A DNA stretch of 64,000 bases from Octopus vulgaris (taxonomy: Eukaryota), in assembly GCA_951406725.2 (NCBI GenBank), contig OX597816.1:78926001-78990000 (forward strand), written 5' to 3'. Below, piece after piece: positions 23,818 to 37,500 of the stretch (positions within the stretch are counted from its first letter, which is position 1; the number at the start of each line of letters is the position of its first letter). A program made the translations under genes and the position numbers. The notes beneath the pieces were generated by a model that was given only the letters and a program-made list of their open reading frames with translations, searched no databases and was not told the origin of the DNA.

Positions 23818-26314
23818 GGCAAGAAAACAACTACCAAAGACAAAACAACACATACAGACCACACAGACCACCCCTACTACTACAAGAAAACCTAAGAACT
23901 GAAAATGGAATTTGGAGACGCAACAACACAACCCCTTTTTTAAGGAGAGGATACTTCAACCATACTCCAGACCCAATACACCAAAAATTCCGAATGAACT
24001 CACAAAACACATAGATCCAAAAATAATAAACTTATCTAAAAGAGAACTTAACGAAAATGAAATGAACCTACTACTAAAAGGCCTCAAATTTACACCTACA
24101 CTCACTCCAAACCTCATAGAACTAAAAACTGATATAGACAACTTCAGCCGCCACCTCCGCCTTATGGAATTCTTTGAAAATAAAGAAACAGAAGATAGCT
24201 CAATCATAAGAAAAAAATCCCATTTCACCCCTTACAAGGGAAGTGACAAACACCTTAACGCATACATAGAGACAATATCCAAATTCCCTCTCAACACACA
24301 CAAATGTAAACAGAATCTCCGCAGAGGAGAAAAACAAGCCTTACAAAAACTGAAAAATGACAAGTCAATCATTATAAAAGAAGCTGACAAAGGTGGAGCA
24401 ATAGTTATTATGGATACATATTACTACAAAGAAAAGATACTGGAGTTACTGAACAACCAGACATACTATAAAGAGAAACCAACACCACCGGAGAAAGCAA
24501 CATTAAAAAAAATTAGAACTTTAGTCAATGAATACCAGGACTCCTTTACAGATAAGGAGAAAGACTATCTATGCAACTCAAGAACCAAAGAAAGCAATTT
24601 TTATGGATTACCTAAAATTCATAAAAGCTCTGAAATACAGACAGCCATAAAGGAACAGAGGAACCACTATATAAGAATACAAAGGCCTGCAGACCTCACA
24701 ATGAGACCAATAGTGGCAGGACCCGAGGCACCAACACAACAACTAAGCCACTTCATAGATGTACTCCTCAAGCCTTTATGCCCACAGATATCAAGCTACA
24801 TAAGAGATGACATAGACTTCCTCACACACATTCCAAATGCAGTCCCGAAAAACACCATACTTGCAAGCTTTGATGTCACAAATCTATACACAAACATACC
24901 ACACACCCTAGGTCTAGAAGCAATAAAACAATCAATAGAAAAATACAGAGAACTTATAGACGAACGCTTCAAGACAAACTTTATCACCCAAGCCACCCAG
25001 TTAATACTCGAAGAAAATACATTCTCATTCAACAACAAGACATACCGACAGATAAAGGGCACGGCTATGGGTACAAAATTCGCACCTTCATATGCCAACC
25101 TGGTGATGGGTTTCCTGGAGAACAAACTATACGATGAAATAGGGAAAGTCTTCGAACACGACTTCAGAGAAGACATCAAGAAAAAGTGGAAACGCTACCT
25201 CGATGACTGCTTCATCTTTTGGAACAGATCAGAAGACCTACGAACATTCCACAACATCCTCAATACGCTGCACCCATCTATCAACTTCACAATAAATACC
25301 AACCACAACGAACTTCCCTTCCTAGACATCAACATCAAAATACACAACTCCATCGTCACAACAGACATCCACTACAAAAAACTGACACACACCAATACTT
25401 AAATTTCCACTCCTGCCACCCATCCCACACAAAAAGAAACATCCCATATAGTATTGCAAGACGAATATGTAGCATAGTAACTTATTCACAAATACGACTA
25501 ATAAGACTAGATGAACTTAAAAACTTCCTCCTAGAGCAAAAATATCCCCTTAAACTAATAGAAAATGGAATCACAAGAGCATTGAAACTAGACATCGCAT
25601 AACTCAGGACACCCAAATCAAAAAACAAAGAAAACATTATCCCTTTTATAAACACGCACAACCCTGGAGTTACCAACATGTTCCAAACCATACATTCAAA
25701 CCTACCAATAGCCTTACAAAGCCCCAAAATGAAAAACATATTAAACAAATATAGCATAAAAAACAGTAGACGACAGGACAAAAACCTAAAGAAACACCTA
25801 ACAAGAGCGAAATTCTCTTCAGAAACTAAAGCGGAATTCTTTGCAAAAGAGTGCAGAGATGGTAGATGTGGGATCTGCAGCAACCCTACCTACAAATACA
25901 TAGAGGGAAACAGAGAGATGAGATTTAAAAGTGGTTACGTATTCAAAGTAAATGCAGATATGAACTGCAAGACGCAGAACGTTATATACTGCATAACCTG
26001 CCCCACGTGCAAGGAGGATTACATAGGGGAAACTGGTAATTCTTTGTGCCAGCGAGCCAGGATTCACCGACAACATGTTCGGCAGGAAGAACTACGCAAG
26101 ATACCACTAAGTACACACCTAGTTACGTGTGGAGAAGGAAAGTTTAAGATCTTTCCCTTCTACAAATGTCCGAAGAACGACACCTCTTTCAGGAGGAATA
26201 TGGAAAAATATTTCATAGCTAAGTTCTCCCCTACATTAAATGGCTGAAATTTTACACATCATACATTGAAGGACAAATCTTTCGATTTACAATATAATAT
26301 AGTAGAGCATTTAG

Positions 26315-26357
<43 letters not shown>

Positions 26358-26548
26358 CCTGTTATATAGATTATATTATATTTGTAATTCACTTAATCTT
26401 TACTTTTTAATTGTCATTTTAATTTTAACTTTCCTATGATATGCAATTTTCAAGATGGTGTAATATGATTGTTCATTTTGAATCGATAAAAGGTGTTTTT
26501 TTCTAATATTTCATGTATAAGCATGTATATATATATATATATATATAT

Positions 26549-26582
<34 letters not shown>

Positions 26583-26590
26583 TTCAATGT

Positions 26591-26668
<78 letters not shown>

Positions 26669-26923
26669 ACATTGAAGGACACATCTTTCGATTTACAATT
26701 TAATATAGTAGAACATTTAGTAAATGTATGTATATGTATATATGTGTGTATATATATATATATATATTGCCTGTTATATACATTATATTATTTTTGTAAT
26801 TTACTTAATCTTTACCTTTTAATTTTAACTTTCCTATATATGCAATTTTCAAGATGGTGTAATTTAATTGTTCATTTTGAATCGTTAAAAGGTGTTTTTT
26901 CCCCTAATATTTCATGTATAAGC

Positions 26924-26930
<7 letters not shown>
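23818..26930 (+). mobile_element. Penelope-like retroelement (Neptune-like), 5'-truncated
   Basis: Single RT-EN frame with one frameshift (~25380) and one TAA (25600); tandem ~265-bp 3' repeats 26263-26530 and 26669-26930. Confidence 0.93.
23912..26247 (+). pseudogene. Penelope-like RT + GIY-YIG endonuclease polyprotein (disrupted)
   Basis: LLLKGLKFTP, KEADKGGAIV, FYGLPKIHK, SFDVTNLYTNIP, GTAMGTKFAP, RYLDD, LPFLD; Cys-rich linker CRDGRCGIC; VIYCITCPTC...YIGETG...HR...H. Confidence 0.93.
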
Positions 26931-26976
<46 letters not shown>

Positions 26977-26981
<5 letters not shown>

Positions 26982-27051
26982 GTATAAATATCAACATAAT
27001 TTTTCCCCTCCCCCTTTTTTTTCTCTCTTCCCTTCTCCAAACTCACAGACA

Positions 27052-27096
<45 letters not shown>

Positions 27097-27610
27097 GGAC
27101 ACACACACATACACACACACACACACACTCTCTCACAATGATAAAACGAAATATAATTTATGGCCTGCCTCCCCGCCACCACACACTCAGTGACACTGAA
27201 GTGGTCAAAACTGAAATTCTTTCTTTTTTTCCTTGGAGTCAATATTCTGTCCAGCAGACCAAAAAAATTATTTTCTTCTTCTTCCCTCTCCCTTCCCCTC
27301 TTTCTCTTTAGCGCTCATCCCAGATACAAAAACACACACACACACGCACACACATATACACACATGTTCTCTCTCTCACTTTCTCCTCATCCATCACCCT
27401 CTTGTACTGTCTTATATTCCTCCCCACCACTACAAAACTCTATAAAATGGTCAAATCTCCACACACAGAAACTTAGTTTGATTTGAAAACCCCACTAGAA
27501 TGAGAGAAAGCGCTAATGGTCTAAGTGATATGATATATATATATAAAAATGTAATATACAAATAAATATCTGTAAATATAAACCATTCGATCTTCTGAGT
27601 ACCTCATTTC

Positions 27611-27618
<8 letters not shown>
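26977..27618 (+). repeat. ~640-bp unit downstream of the Penelope element (partner of 23109-23806)
   Basis: Inverted repeat pair; contains TATAAAA (~27441) and AATAAA (~27562). Confidence 0.9.
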
Positions 27619-27677
<59 letters not shown>

Positions 27678-27728
27678 CAAAGTGGAGTTGTGGGGTACCG
27701 CACGAGTGAAATTATATACGAAAGAAGG

Positions 27729-27914
27729 TTTGAAAATGCAATTTAAAATATGTTTATTTACTTTACCGGTTTCACTCTTTGGAAAAAGATTGTCAAAAGT
27801 AACATGTAGAAGTTTGGTTGCGCAACCAAACTTCTACATGTTACTTTTGACAATCTTTTTCCAAAGAGTGAAACCGGTAAAGTAAATAAACATATTTTAA
27901 ATTGCATTTTCAAA
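27729..27914. repeat. Perfect 186-bp spacerless palindrome, each arm with a UUGACAA hammerhead-like motif
   Basis: Arms are exact reverse complements centred at 27821/27822; family copy at 40514-40660. Confidence 0.92.
27842..27884 (+). ncRNA. Hammerhead-like motif with U3-A8 core variant
   Basis: TACTT TTGACAA stemII GAAAC CG GTA AAGTA; stem I TACTT/AAGTA; palindromic stem III ACCGGT. Confidence 0.6.
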
Positions 27915-27924
27915 ACTATATATA

Positions 27925-27969
<45 letters not shown>

Positions 27970-28479
27970 CACCCTAATGGGAGCCTTAACTCCCAAATTT
28001 TAGTAATTTCTTTTATGATCCAAAACTAGGTCAAAAGTACTGAATGGATCTTTATGAAATTTGGAAATTATAATCTATGCATAAGGGCCATAACCCCCAC
28101 GCAAATTCATATATTTTTGCTGTTGATAAAATTTTAACCATAGATATTAGACACAAATGAAGTAATATGTATAAAATTTCATCTTCTTACAAAGTTAGAA
28201 AGACCCCTCCATGAGGGATTTAACGCCCACAATTTTGTCATTTTATCTAAGCAAAAACGAATACAGTAGTGCTCTTGGAAGCTGGGCATTATTTCTAATT
28301 CAATTGTACAACAGTGTAAGTGTTTGCTTTGACATACACTTACATTGTGATTTCTGCAATGTGGTGCATAAAGTGACAAGTAAATGAGAGGCATCTTTGC
28401 CTCCACTGATTCAGTTGCAAAGTATTGAGTAAAGTTATTTGATTGCAGACCTCCTTTCAGTCTGTTTATTATCACAAAA

Positions 28480-28860
28480 ACTTACATGGGAATAACGTGA
28501 AACACCTTCAAAGAGAGACATACGCAACATTTAGCTTCGTCTAGAGATAAAATGCAAAAGGCATACGACATCTTTATCCATCATGGTATACTCTTTTATT
28601 CGTTTCAGCCATGCGGCTGTGGTCATGCTGGAGCACCACCATAGATGGACACGTAAAGAGAGAAACGTGCACAAACCCCATATAAAATGGAGCATCATAG
28701 CTAAGGCCAGGAAATACAGAGGACGGAGCAGTAAATGCCAACTCTGCATTACCAAAAAACTAAATATCAAAACACAATATTGGACGTTTCAAATATTAGG
28801 GAAGAAACTTTCTGCCCCTGCATGCACAAACAACAATTCCTACATCGAAATTTCAAGCAT
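28480..28860 (+). mobile_element. Hydra-type Penelope GIY-YIG endonuclease remnant (small SINE tail inserted at ~28590-28640)
   Basis: YMGIT*NTFKERHTQH...IKWSIIAKARKY...KCQLCITKKL. Confidence 0.7.
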
Positions 28861-29438
28861 GACCCCTTCACCCACTTTCCCACCCCTCCAACCTAGTTAA
28901 GTTTTTCTTGGACATCGATTATATTATGCATTATATGAACATTATGCATAAAATATATATTCCCCCATAAAATTATGCTGGATTCATTTAATAAAACACA
29001 AATATACGTGCATTGCACATATTCGGGACATCACATGATTCACTGAAATAAAGTACTTATATGCATGACTTTACAATCCCATGGAGCAAATTTGGTGTCA
29101 AAATCTGTGAAACCCCACAATTATGTGCTCATAAACACGAACAAAATGTATAATGCAGCTGTGTGTGTATGCACACTCACATTACATATTTTAAATAATA
29201 TGTTCACTATGGACTTCCGGTAACGCATGCGTAATGATATACAGTGACTGTTGAAGTTAGTTGCTCCATATATACACATATGAGCATTACCGATTTTGTT
29301 TTCTCATAACTTACAGAAACATGGATATTTTTCAATGAAATTTTAAATCAATGTGCTTCAGATGGTGTAGATTCCGATTGTATCTAAATCTGTTTTGAAA
29401 TAAAGTTTTCAAAAAAGAAAAAGTGTAATGTATGTCAG

Positions 29439-32400
29439 TGTTATGTGTAGTTTCTTTCTACTGGGATAGACAACTCAATACGAAGCATAGATATTCTTTC
29501 ACGTGTTTATTTACTTTCCGTAATACAGGAACTGCGCACACTCAGCGCAACGACACCTATATACCTTCAGACACAGCGTAGTAATACTGTTTACTTTAAA
29601 ACACAGTTCGTACTGTTCACTAACAAATAGTGCCACACGTATACACATAGATATGAATGTGTAACATCCCTTCTTCTTGAAAAAAAAAGTTTTGAAAAGC
29701 TTTATCATGTATAAAAAGAGAAAATATTTACATTTTTTTCCAAAATATACCATTAGTTCAATTGCCTAAAAAAATTAATAAAAAAATGAAAACAAAACTG
29801 AGTATAATTAAATTAATCATGGCATTTTTTTTTTCTTTTTGAAAGTTCATGTATATTTTTCCTTAACGGTATCGAACCGGTGGCAGGATGTTCTTTCTCC
29901 ATCTGGTGGATCTTGTGCTTCGCACCGGTGTCTGAGGTGTGTTGTTGGGCTGCTGATGGGTGGTTGGTGCCCATTGGGATGATGATTCTGTGGGTGTTGT
30001 TACCGATGCTGTAGGTGTTGTACACGTTGCCTGCTGATGGGTGGTTGGTGCCCGTTGGGGTGATAATTCTGTGGGTGTTGTCACTGATGCAGCAGGTGTT
30101 GTATACGTTGTCCTCAACAGCTTTGGTGTTGGGCGGATGTGGGCCCTGTTGCGTCTCAGCTGCCTACAAGATTCCGTTTCTATTATATACGATCTTGGGG
30201 TTTCAGCTTTTCTGACAACCTGTGCTGGAATCCATGTTTTAGTTATGGGATCTTGAGTATGTACATGTTGTCCTCCAAGTATCTCAGGTAAGTATTGTGC
30301 ATGTCTGTTGTTATATTTCTGTGATTGTTCTTGAGTGGCTGCTAACTTTGCCCTTGTCTCTTCCTGGTCAATAGGAGGTTGGATCTTACTTGGCAGGGTA
30401 GTTTTGTACTTCCTGCCATTCAGCAATTCTGCTGGGGATTTCATATCAGCTCGTAGGGTGTCGCTCGTAGGGACAGAAGTGCCAGGTGTGGGTCTTCCTT
30501 AGTCTCTCGGCATTTGACTAGTGTTCTCTTCACTGTCTGCACCTGTCTTTCTATAAACCCATGGCCTTTTGGGTAGTGTGGAGATGAAGTTGTAATATTG
30601 AACCCATACTCATCGGCCAGCTTTTTGAATTCTTGCGATGTGAACTGGGTTCCATTGTCACATATGATCTGCTCTGGTATTCCTTGCTCTGCTAGAAGTC
30701 CTCGAGCCACTGTTGTGATTGTTTTGGCTCTCAGGTCTTTCCCTTTTCTCACAAATGGAAATTTGGAGTAGTAGCAGTCCATTATCAAATACCATTCTTG
30801 GCCCTCTGTGAACAGATCTGCTCCAATAGTTTGCCATGGCCTTCTCGGGATGTCACTGTACTTTTGACAGATGTGGCACGTAGAAACTGTTTTTTCTATG
30901 TCTTTGTACATGCCTATCCAATATACTGCTGACTTGGCTCGGAGCTTACATTTCTCCATTCCTATATGTCCGTGGTGGATCTTGTCCAGAATCTCTTTTC
31001 TCATTGACTTAGGTATAATTATTCGGGATCCAGCCATCAGGATTCCATTCTCCTCTGATATATCATCATGGATGGCCCAATATTCACGAATTAGGGGCTG
31101 CACCTGATGTCTCTTTTCTGGCCACCCCTCAATCACCATCTGAGTAAGGAGCTGGAGTTCTTCATCTTTCCTGGTCTCCTCTTTGATTTCTGCTAGCTTT
31201 GTAGTCGTTACATTTACAATGTGGTGGACCTTTATGCTTAGTCCTTCCATCTCCTGTTTATCATGTGATGATAATCTGGAGAGAGCATCTGCCAATATCA
31301 GGTCTTTTCCTGGCTTGTACCTGATATCATAGTCATATGTTTGAAGCCTTAACAGTAATATTTGCAGTCTGGCTGGTGCTTTCATGAGGTTTTTTCTATG
31401 TATTTGTTCTAGCGGGTCTGATGGTCTGTTTCAATGTTGAAATGTCTGCCATACAGGTATGTATGGAACTTTTCACATCCATATACTACTGCCAGGAGTT
31501 CCCTTTCAATATTTGCGTACCTTGTCTCTGTGGGAGAGAGAGCTTTCGAGGCATATGCAATGGGTTTACCTTCCTGTATCAGTGCTGCGCCAACTCCTCT
31601 CATAGAAGCATCGACTTGGAGTGTTACTGGTTTGCGTCGTCATAGTATTGCAGAGTTGTCTCCTTACTGATGAGCTTTTTGATTGCTTCGAAATCTTGTG
31701 TGTGAAGCACACCAATCAAACTCTACGTCATCTCTGTTTAGTTCTCTGAGATTTCCAGTGTGATCGGCCAGCTTGGGTATGAAGGCTCCCATGTAGTTGA
31801 TGAGTCCCAGGAAGCTCCTGAGTTCCTTCCCGTCTTTAGGATCTTTAATGTCTCTGATGGCTTCCACTTTAGCGGAGTCTGGTTTAACTCCCTCTGCAGA
31901 GTATATAATTCCAAAGAATTTGTACTCCTCTGCTTTTACCACACATTTGGCTGCATTGAGTTTGATGCCTACTTGTCGGGTTCTCTCCATAGCTTCTTGT
32001 AAATTGAAGTCATGTGTGGTCTCATCCTTGCCATGCACTTGGATGTCATCTGCTATTCCAATTACTCCCTTGCAGCCTTGATAGGTCTCATCTATTTGGC
32101 GCTGGAAAACATCTTGGCTCACCTTCAATCCAAATGGGAGTCGGTTGAATCGATATCTGCCAAATGGTGTGTTGAAGGTAGTGAGCATGGATGACTCTTC
32201 GTCTATCTTTATATTCCAGTACCCATTACTGGCATCCAGTTTGCTGAATAATTTGGACCCTGCCAATGATGGTGTGATTTCTTCAAGGGTTGGAATTGGA
32301 TGGTACTCCCTTTTCAATGCCTTGTTCTGGTCCCTTTGGTCGAGGCATATCCGTAGGGTACCATTGGTTTTTTCCTTGATCACAATTGAATTTACCCGGT

Positions 32401-34289
32401 CTGTTGGTCGTGTCACTTTGGTGATTATTTCCTTTTTTTCCATTTTGTCCAACTCTGTCTTCAGCTTCTCTTTTAGTTCTAGAGGGACGCGGCGAGGTGG
32501 GTGAACAATTGGTCTGATATCGGGGTCGACTGTTATATGGTATTGACATTTCACAAAGCACACGACTGTATCGCCAAAGCATTCAGGGTACATGCTTATC
32601 AATTCCTCTTTGTTTGTGATTGGTGGTCGGTCTTTGAGAGGCGTATCTCTGTCAATCCTGCTCGGAGTTGCCTTCACTTCACCATTGATTGACACAATAT
32701 TTAGCTTTTTGCAGGTATCGAGTCCAAGAATTGCTGGGCCTTCTGTTCTTGTGATATAAAAAGAACACTTGATTATTTTTCCTTTGTGTGTCCCTGTTAT
32801 TGTTGTTTTACCCAGTTGTGGAATCCTGGTACCTCCGTACGCAGTGAGGATTACATCACTTGGTGTGAGGATTCCTTTTTTGATTTTATCCTCTTCTGTC
32901 ATGTGTTCTGGGAACATCTTGTAAAAGTTGACAGGCAAGATATCACTCTGGGCTCCAGTGTCAATCTTCAGCCTTAAGTCAATGTTTATTCTTTTCTTTC
33001 CGGACTTCTTTTGAATTCTTATTGTTGTGTATGCCTCATTTTCTTTCTGGTCGTCCTTTCCCATCTCATGCACATTTATTGTGCCGACTGCCAAGAATTC
33101 CTCCTCTGAGGTGTTTTGTTCCTGTTGTTGTGCATGTATATCTCTTCTTCTATTTCCGCTCCTCTTTGAAAATTGGGGCTTGTATTTCTGGGATTTTGTC
33201 AACCTACACATTTTTTCCCAGCGGTTAAGTTTTCCACATGCTTTGCAGTGTGTACCGAATGCAGGACATTTTTTTCGGTTATTGAATTTATGCTCTGTAC
33301 CACAGTACTGGCATGTTCTTTGTTTGCGGGTATGTTTCGTCCTGTGACTAGATACAATATCTACACTGCTGCCAAGTGAGCTTGTTTGTAAGGTAAGTGA
33401 GGCCATTTGTTTGGTAGTGGCTTCGAATGCTCTTGCAGTGTCTACTGCTTCTATCAACTGGAGAGTGTCTTTACCTATGAGTGATTTTTGTACTTCTTTG
33501 TAGGCACATCCCCATATTAATTGGCCTACAATTTTCTCCTCCTTGTCTCTGAATTTGCATTTCTCTGCAATATTCTTCAGTCTTGACAGGAAATTGTCAA
33601 TCGTTTCTTGTGGGTCTTGTTTCAGGCCCTGGAATTCGTATCTGTGAATTCTATGGTTCGACCTGGGCTCTAGGTGCCTTTCAAATTTCTCAAGAAGTGT
33701 ATCTGGGTTATTGCAATCTGATTCTGACATGTCCCAGCTGTTGAATAGGTCTAGACCTTTTTCGCCCGTCCATAAAAGGATATAGCTCACTTTTTCTTCG
33801 TCAGTTATGCCTTTCAGGAAACTTTTGAAAACTAGCTGAGACTTCCGTCTAAATTTCTTAAACGCTTCCACGATATCAATGGAGTCCCAATTCATGGTTG
33901 GATGTAAATTCATCTGTACGGCGACGGGGGTCGCCATTTTGGAACCTCGTGTATGTGTGTCCGAAGACGAAGCGTTGTTTTGTTTGTTAATTTCTGGTTC
34001 GTTGTGTTTCCGTTTCGTTGTAAAGGCACAGTTTCGAGTTAATTATTTACCGCTGCCACCATGTTATGTGTAGTTTCTTTCTACTGGGATAGACAACTCA
34101 ATACGAAGCATAGATATTCTTTCACGTGTTTATTTACTTTCCGTAATACAGGAACTGCGCACACTCAGCGCAACGACACCTATATACCTTCAGACACAGC
34201 GTAGTAATACTGTTTACTTTAAAACACAGTTCGTACTGTTCACTAACAAATAGTGCCACACGTATACACATAGATATGAATGTGTAACA
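29439..34289 (-). mobile_element. Full-length Ty3/Gypsy (Mag-like) LTR retrotransposon
   Basis: Identical 228-bp TG...CA LTRs (29439-29666, 34062-34289); 5-bp TSD GTCAG; PBS TGGTGGCAGCGG (tRNA-Leu-like); PPT AAGAAGAAGGGA. Confidence 0.97.
29863..33937 (-). pseudogene. Gag-Pol (Zn knuckles, protease, RT, RNase H, integrase), frameshifted
   Basis: CQYCGTEH...CPAFGTHCKACG; IDTGA; LDASNGYW; IADD; ERELLAV; H-H-C-C and D,D35E integrase; split into ORFs 31664-33937, 31409-31603, 30441-31385, 29863-30444. Confidence 0.93.
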
Positions 34290-34519
34290 GTCAGTATGTA
34301 TGAGTGCTATTCCACCAATTTTTATTTTTCATATCAAATTCCGATATAATCGTAATCTCCACGCTCTGAAAGGCATTTGTCAAAATTTCATTGAAAAATA
34401 CTTATTTATCAGAAAGTTATAAGGAAACAAAGCCGTCTCACGTGAATTTTCTGAAAATCCTCTCCCCACTACACCGAATGCATTTTTTTCACATTAAATT
34501 CAGATATTGTTGTGTTTCA

Positions 34520-37500
34520 TATTGATTATTCGTAACTGCAAGTTACACAGCTCACTTTTGAGGGCTACGTTGTACAGTTCCTGGCCTCCTCCCCGTGCGT
34601 AGTGGTATCGCCCCTTTTATGCCAGCTCGTTAATTTCTCATCTCATTTTTTTTCATGTGGTTGCACGAGACTTCCCTTGAAAGTTCTATATATATCAAGA
34701 TACCAAAACCGGCAACCCAATGCAATTATCACATTATTCCTTCTCGAAACGTTTTGGCTCTTTACATCCTTCCACAATTCTTGCACTTCGCCTCAGTTGA
34801 GATCTTGATGAAATGTTCGTCTTCGACGGTTAGCATTGTCAATAATAGGCTGCTCCATTTCTTCTATAACTCAGGTGTTAGTGTCACTCCTAGCTGGAGA
34901 CTTGATATGGTCGTACCGTCACTGTTAGGCGTCCTTGGAAACTCAGCGTGAACCATCATGCCATGTGTTGTGCTCAATTCTGGTTCTGGTTTTCGTGTGT
35001 TTAGCGGGGCCAATTGCTCAACTGCCACTAACTGCAGTAGGCAACTCTCCTTCTTGCTCCAAGCAGTATTCTTTCTGGCATGCTTCACATATTTTGTATT
35101 GGCTGCAACCTTGTCTAATATGGTTTTTTGTATTACATCCTTACCTATTTCAAAGAATGGGTTTACAGCAACCCTCAATGATTTTTTCATTAACTTTTCG
35201 GCCGGTGATAATTTACAACCACTCGAGACACTCTGATAGTTGAACAAAACTTTGTTCAAGTAGTTGCCGAAATTCCCTGTCTTTAGATCAAAATGCTTCA
35301 GTACAGCTTTCACAGTTTGTACAGCCCTTTCATCGGCACCGTTAGATGCCAGACTGTATGCAGATGTCTCAATTTTTCTGCAATCCATTGATGACAACAT
35401 ATTCTTTAACGCAAGAAATTCAGGCTTGTTGTCTGATACTGAAGCTGTGAGCACACAAAAACAATCGAAGACTTCATACAGCCTGCTTTTTACTGCCTCA
35501 GTCGAGCGATTAGGACACAAGAATACCGTGATCCATGTTGAATAGACATCTACAATTACAAGTATGTTACCGACGTTTGGAACGTATGCCCAATCCATAT
35601 GCACATTCTCAGGGCTCAGAAATAGGCCATGAATAATTTGCCTTTACAAAATTTGGCGTAATTCTCTGGCAACTATCGCAAGATTTGACAAACTTTTTCA
35701 ACAAATAAGCCAACCCAGACCACCAAACACAGAGTGGTGCCTTCTTAATAGTTGAATGCCCATGTGTGTGTTGCGTATTTTAGCTAATACTGTGATTTTA
35801 TAAGGTTCTGGAATAAACGGATGATTTTTATGATATATTAAGCCATTTTCGCATGTTAGAAAATCCTACACTTTAACAAATGCACATTCCAGATTCGAGA
35901 CCGATCTCCAATTTTGCTGTAAAATTCTTTCTTTTATTTTGTTATATAATGCGTTTGCCGTTAGTTGTTTTCATATGCCTTCCAGCATTACATGATTGAT
36001 GTCCTGCCACGCACTGTCGCATTTGTTTAAATGCGAAGCAAAGAAAATTATATCATCATCGTTAATCTCATTATACCTCATTCGAGTGAGGGCATCGATG
36101 TGTGGAATACTTTTACCCGGAACATGCTTACCGACAAAATCGTACTGTGATAGCATCAAACTCCACCTGGCTATTTTTTTGCGAATACATCTAAATTTTT
36201 TGCGATACATCTAAATTCTTTGCGAACAGGCTTTTTAAAGGCTGATAATCTGCTTCCAAATACAACTGCTTTCCCAGAAGGAAATGCCGCAGTCTATCTA
36301 TGCACCATACCACTGCATATTCCTCTCTTTCTATATTCGACCAATTTTGTTGCGCCTAGCTAAATATGTGGCTTATGAATGTTACTGGCTGTCCTTGGGA
36401 TAACATCCCAGCTATTGCAAACAAAGATGTATCTACAGTGAGAGCGCTCACTTTTTTCCATTGAGTTGCAAAACTGGAGCCTCCGAAAGATGAGAGATAA
36501 ACATACAGAAGACCTTATCTTGTTCTTAACCCCACTTAAAATCTTTAGATCTAGCTGATGAGAGTGGTTCTACTTTTTCAGCATACACCGAGACAAATCT
36601 TCTGTAGTAATTCGTCAGATCCAATATTTTGTCAATATCCTCCTTCGATTTTGGTACTTATATGTTCTTTAGTTTTGCTACCAATCCCTGAGACGGAGAA
36701 ATGCCCTCTTCATTCTCAGGAAAGTAAAATTTCTTCCTCTGGAGAATGACTTTCTCTTTGTTAATGGAAAACTGCGCCATGGTTAGCCTTGCAACTATTG
36801 CATTTTCTCTGCTCGTCAACTTTGCTTCGCTTCTAGCATAGTGAGGATATCATCTTATATACTCTGACTCCTTTGGTCCCTTTTAGTAGAGTTTCCATGC
36901 AACTCAAATTCTTAAGGTCCATTTGAAGTCTATTAACCAGGTAGAGACCATTGGTTGTATTAATAGCGAAAATCCCCCTTGCTTCCTCCGCTTAAGGTAT
37001 TTGTCAAAACGCATGCTTTAAATCGAGAGTGGAGGAAAATTTCGTACCTGACATACCGGAGAAAGTAGTGTCGATTGATGGTATGGGAAACGAATAGGTG
37101 TCAACATGTGCATTTAAATGAGCCTTGTAATCGACACACATGCAAAGAGATCCATCTTTTTTTCGCAGCCATACCACCTGTAAGGCTCATCTGACTCCAG
37201 AGTAATCCGACGGTGTGATGATACCCATCATTTCGAACCTCTTTAACTCATCTTTCACTTCTTTCTTTCTTTCTTTCTTTCTTCAAACGTACTGGAACGT
37301 GTCTCGCTACATCTCGCATCAGAGAAATTAACTCGGGCCACAAAACCTTTAACCACTGGAACACATCCGTGTTTAAATTGAAACAAAACGATCTGTCTTT
37401 AATAATATTTTTTCCAATCAGCCCAAAAGAGTACTCGTCAGTGTTGTTGAGTTTAAATGTCACTCAGATTGATTCAACAACTATCAGATCTGAAGTGGTT

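Noticed and set aside
25598-25602. Selenocysteine read-through in the Penelope ORF (as in Naiad elements)
   Set aside because: The in-frame stop is TAA, not TGA, and the endonuclease is C-terminal
28340-28420. Minus-strand ISGGKDA resembling a protease IVGG N-terminus near a GTAAGT donor
   Set aside because: Preceded by an in-frame TGA, no following P(W/Y) motif, no good acceptor
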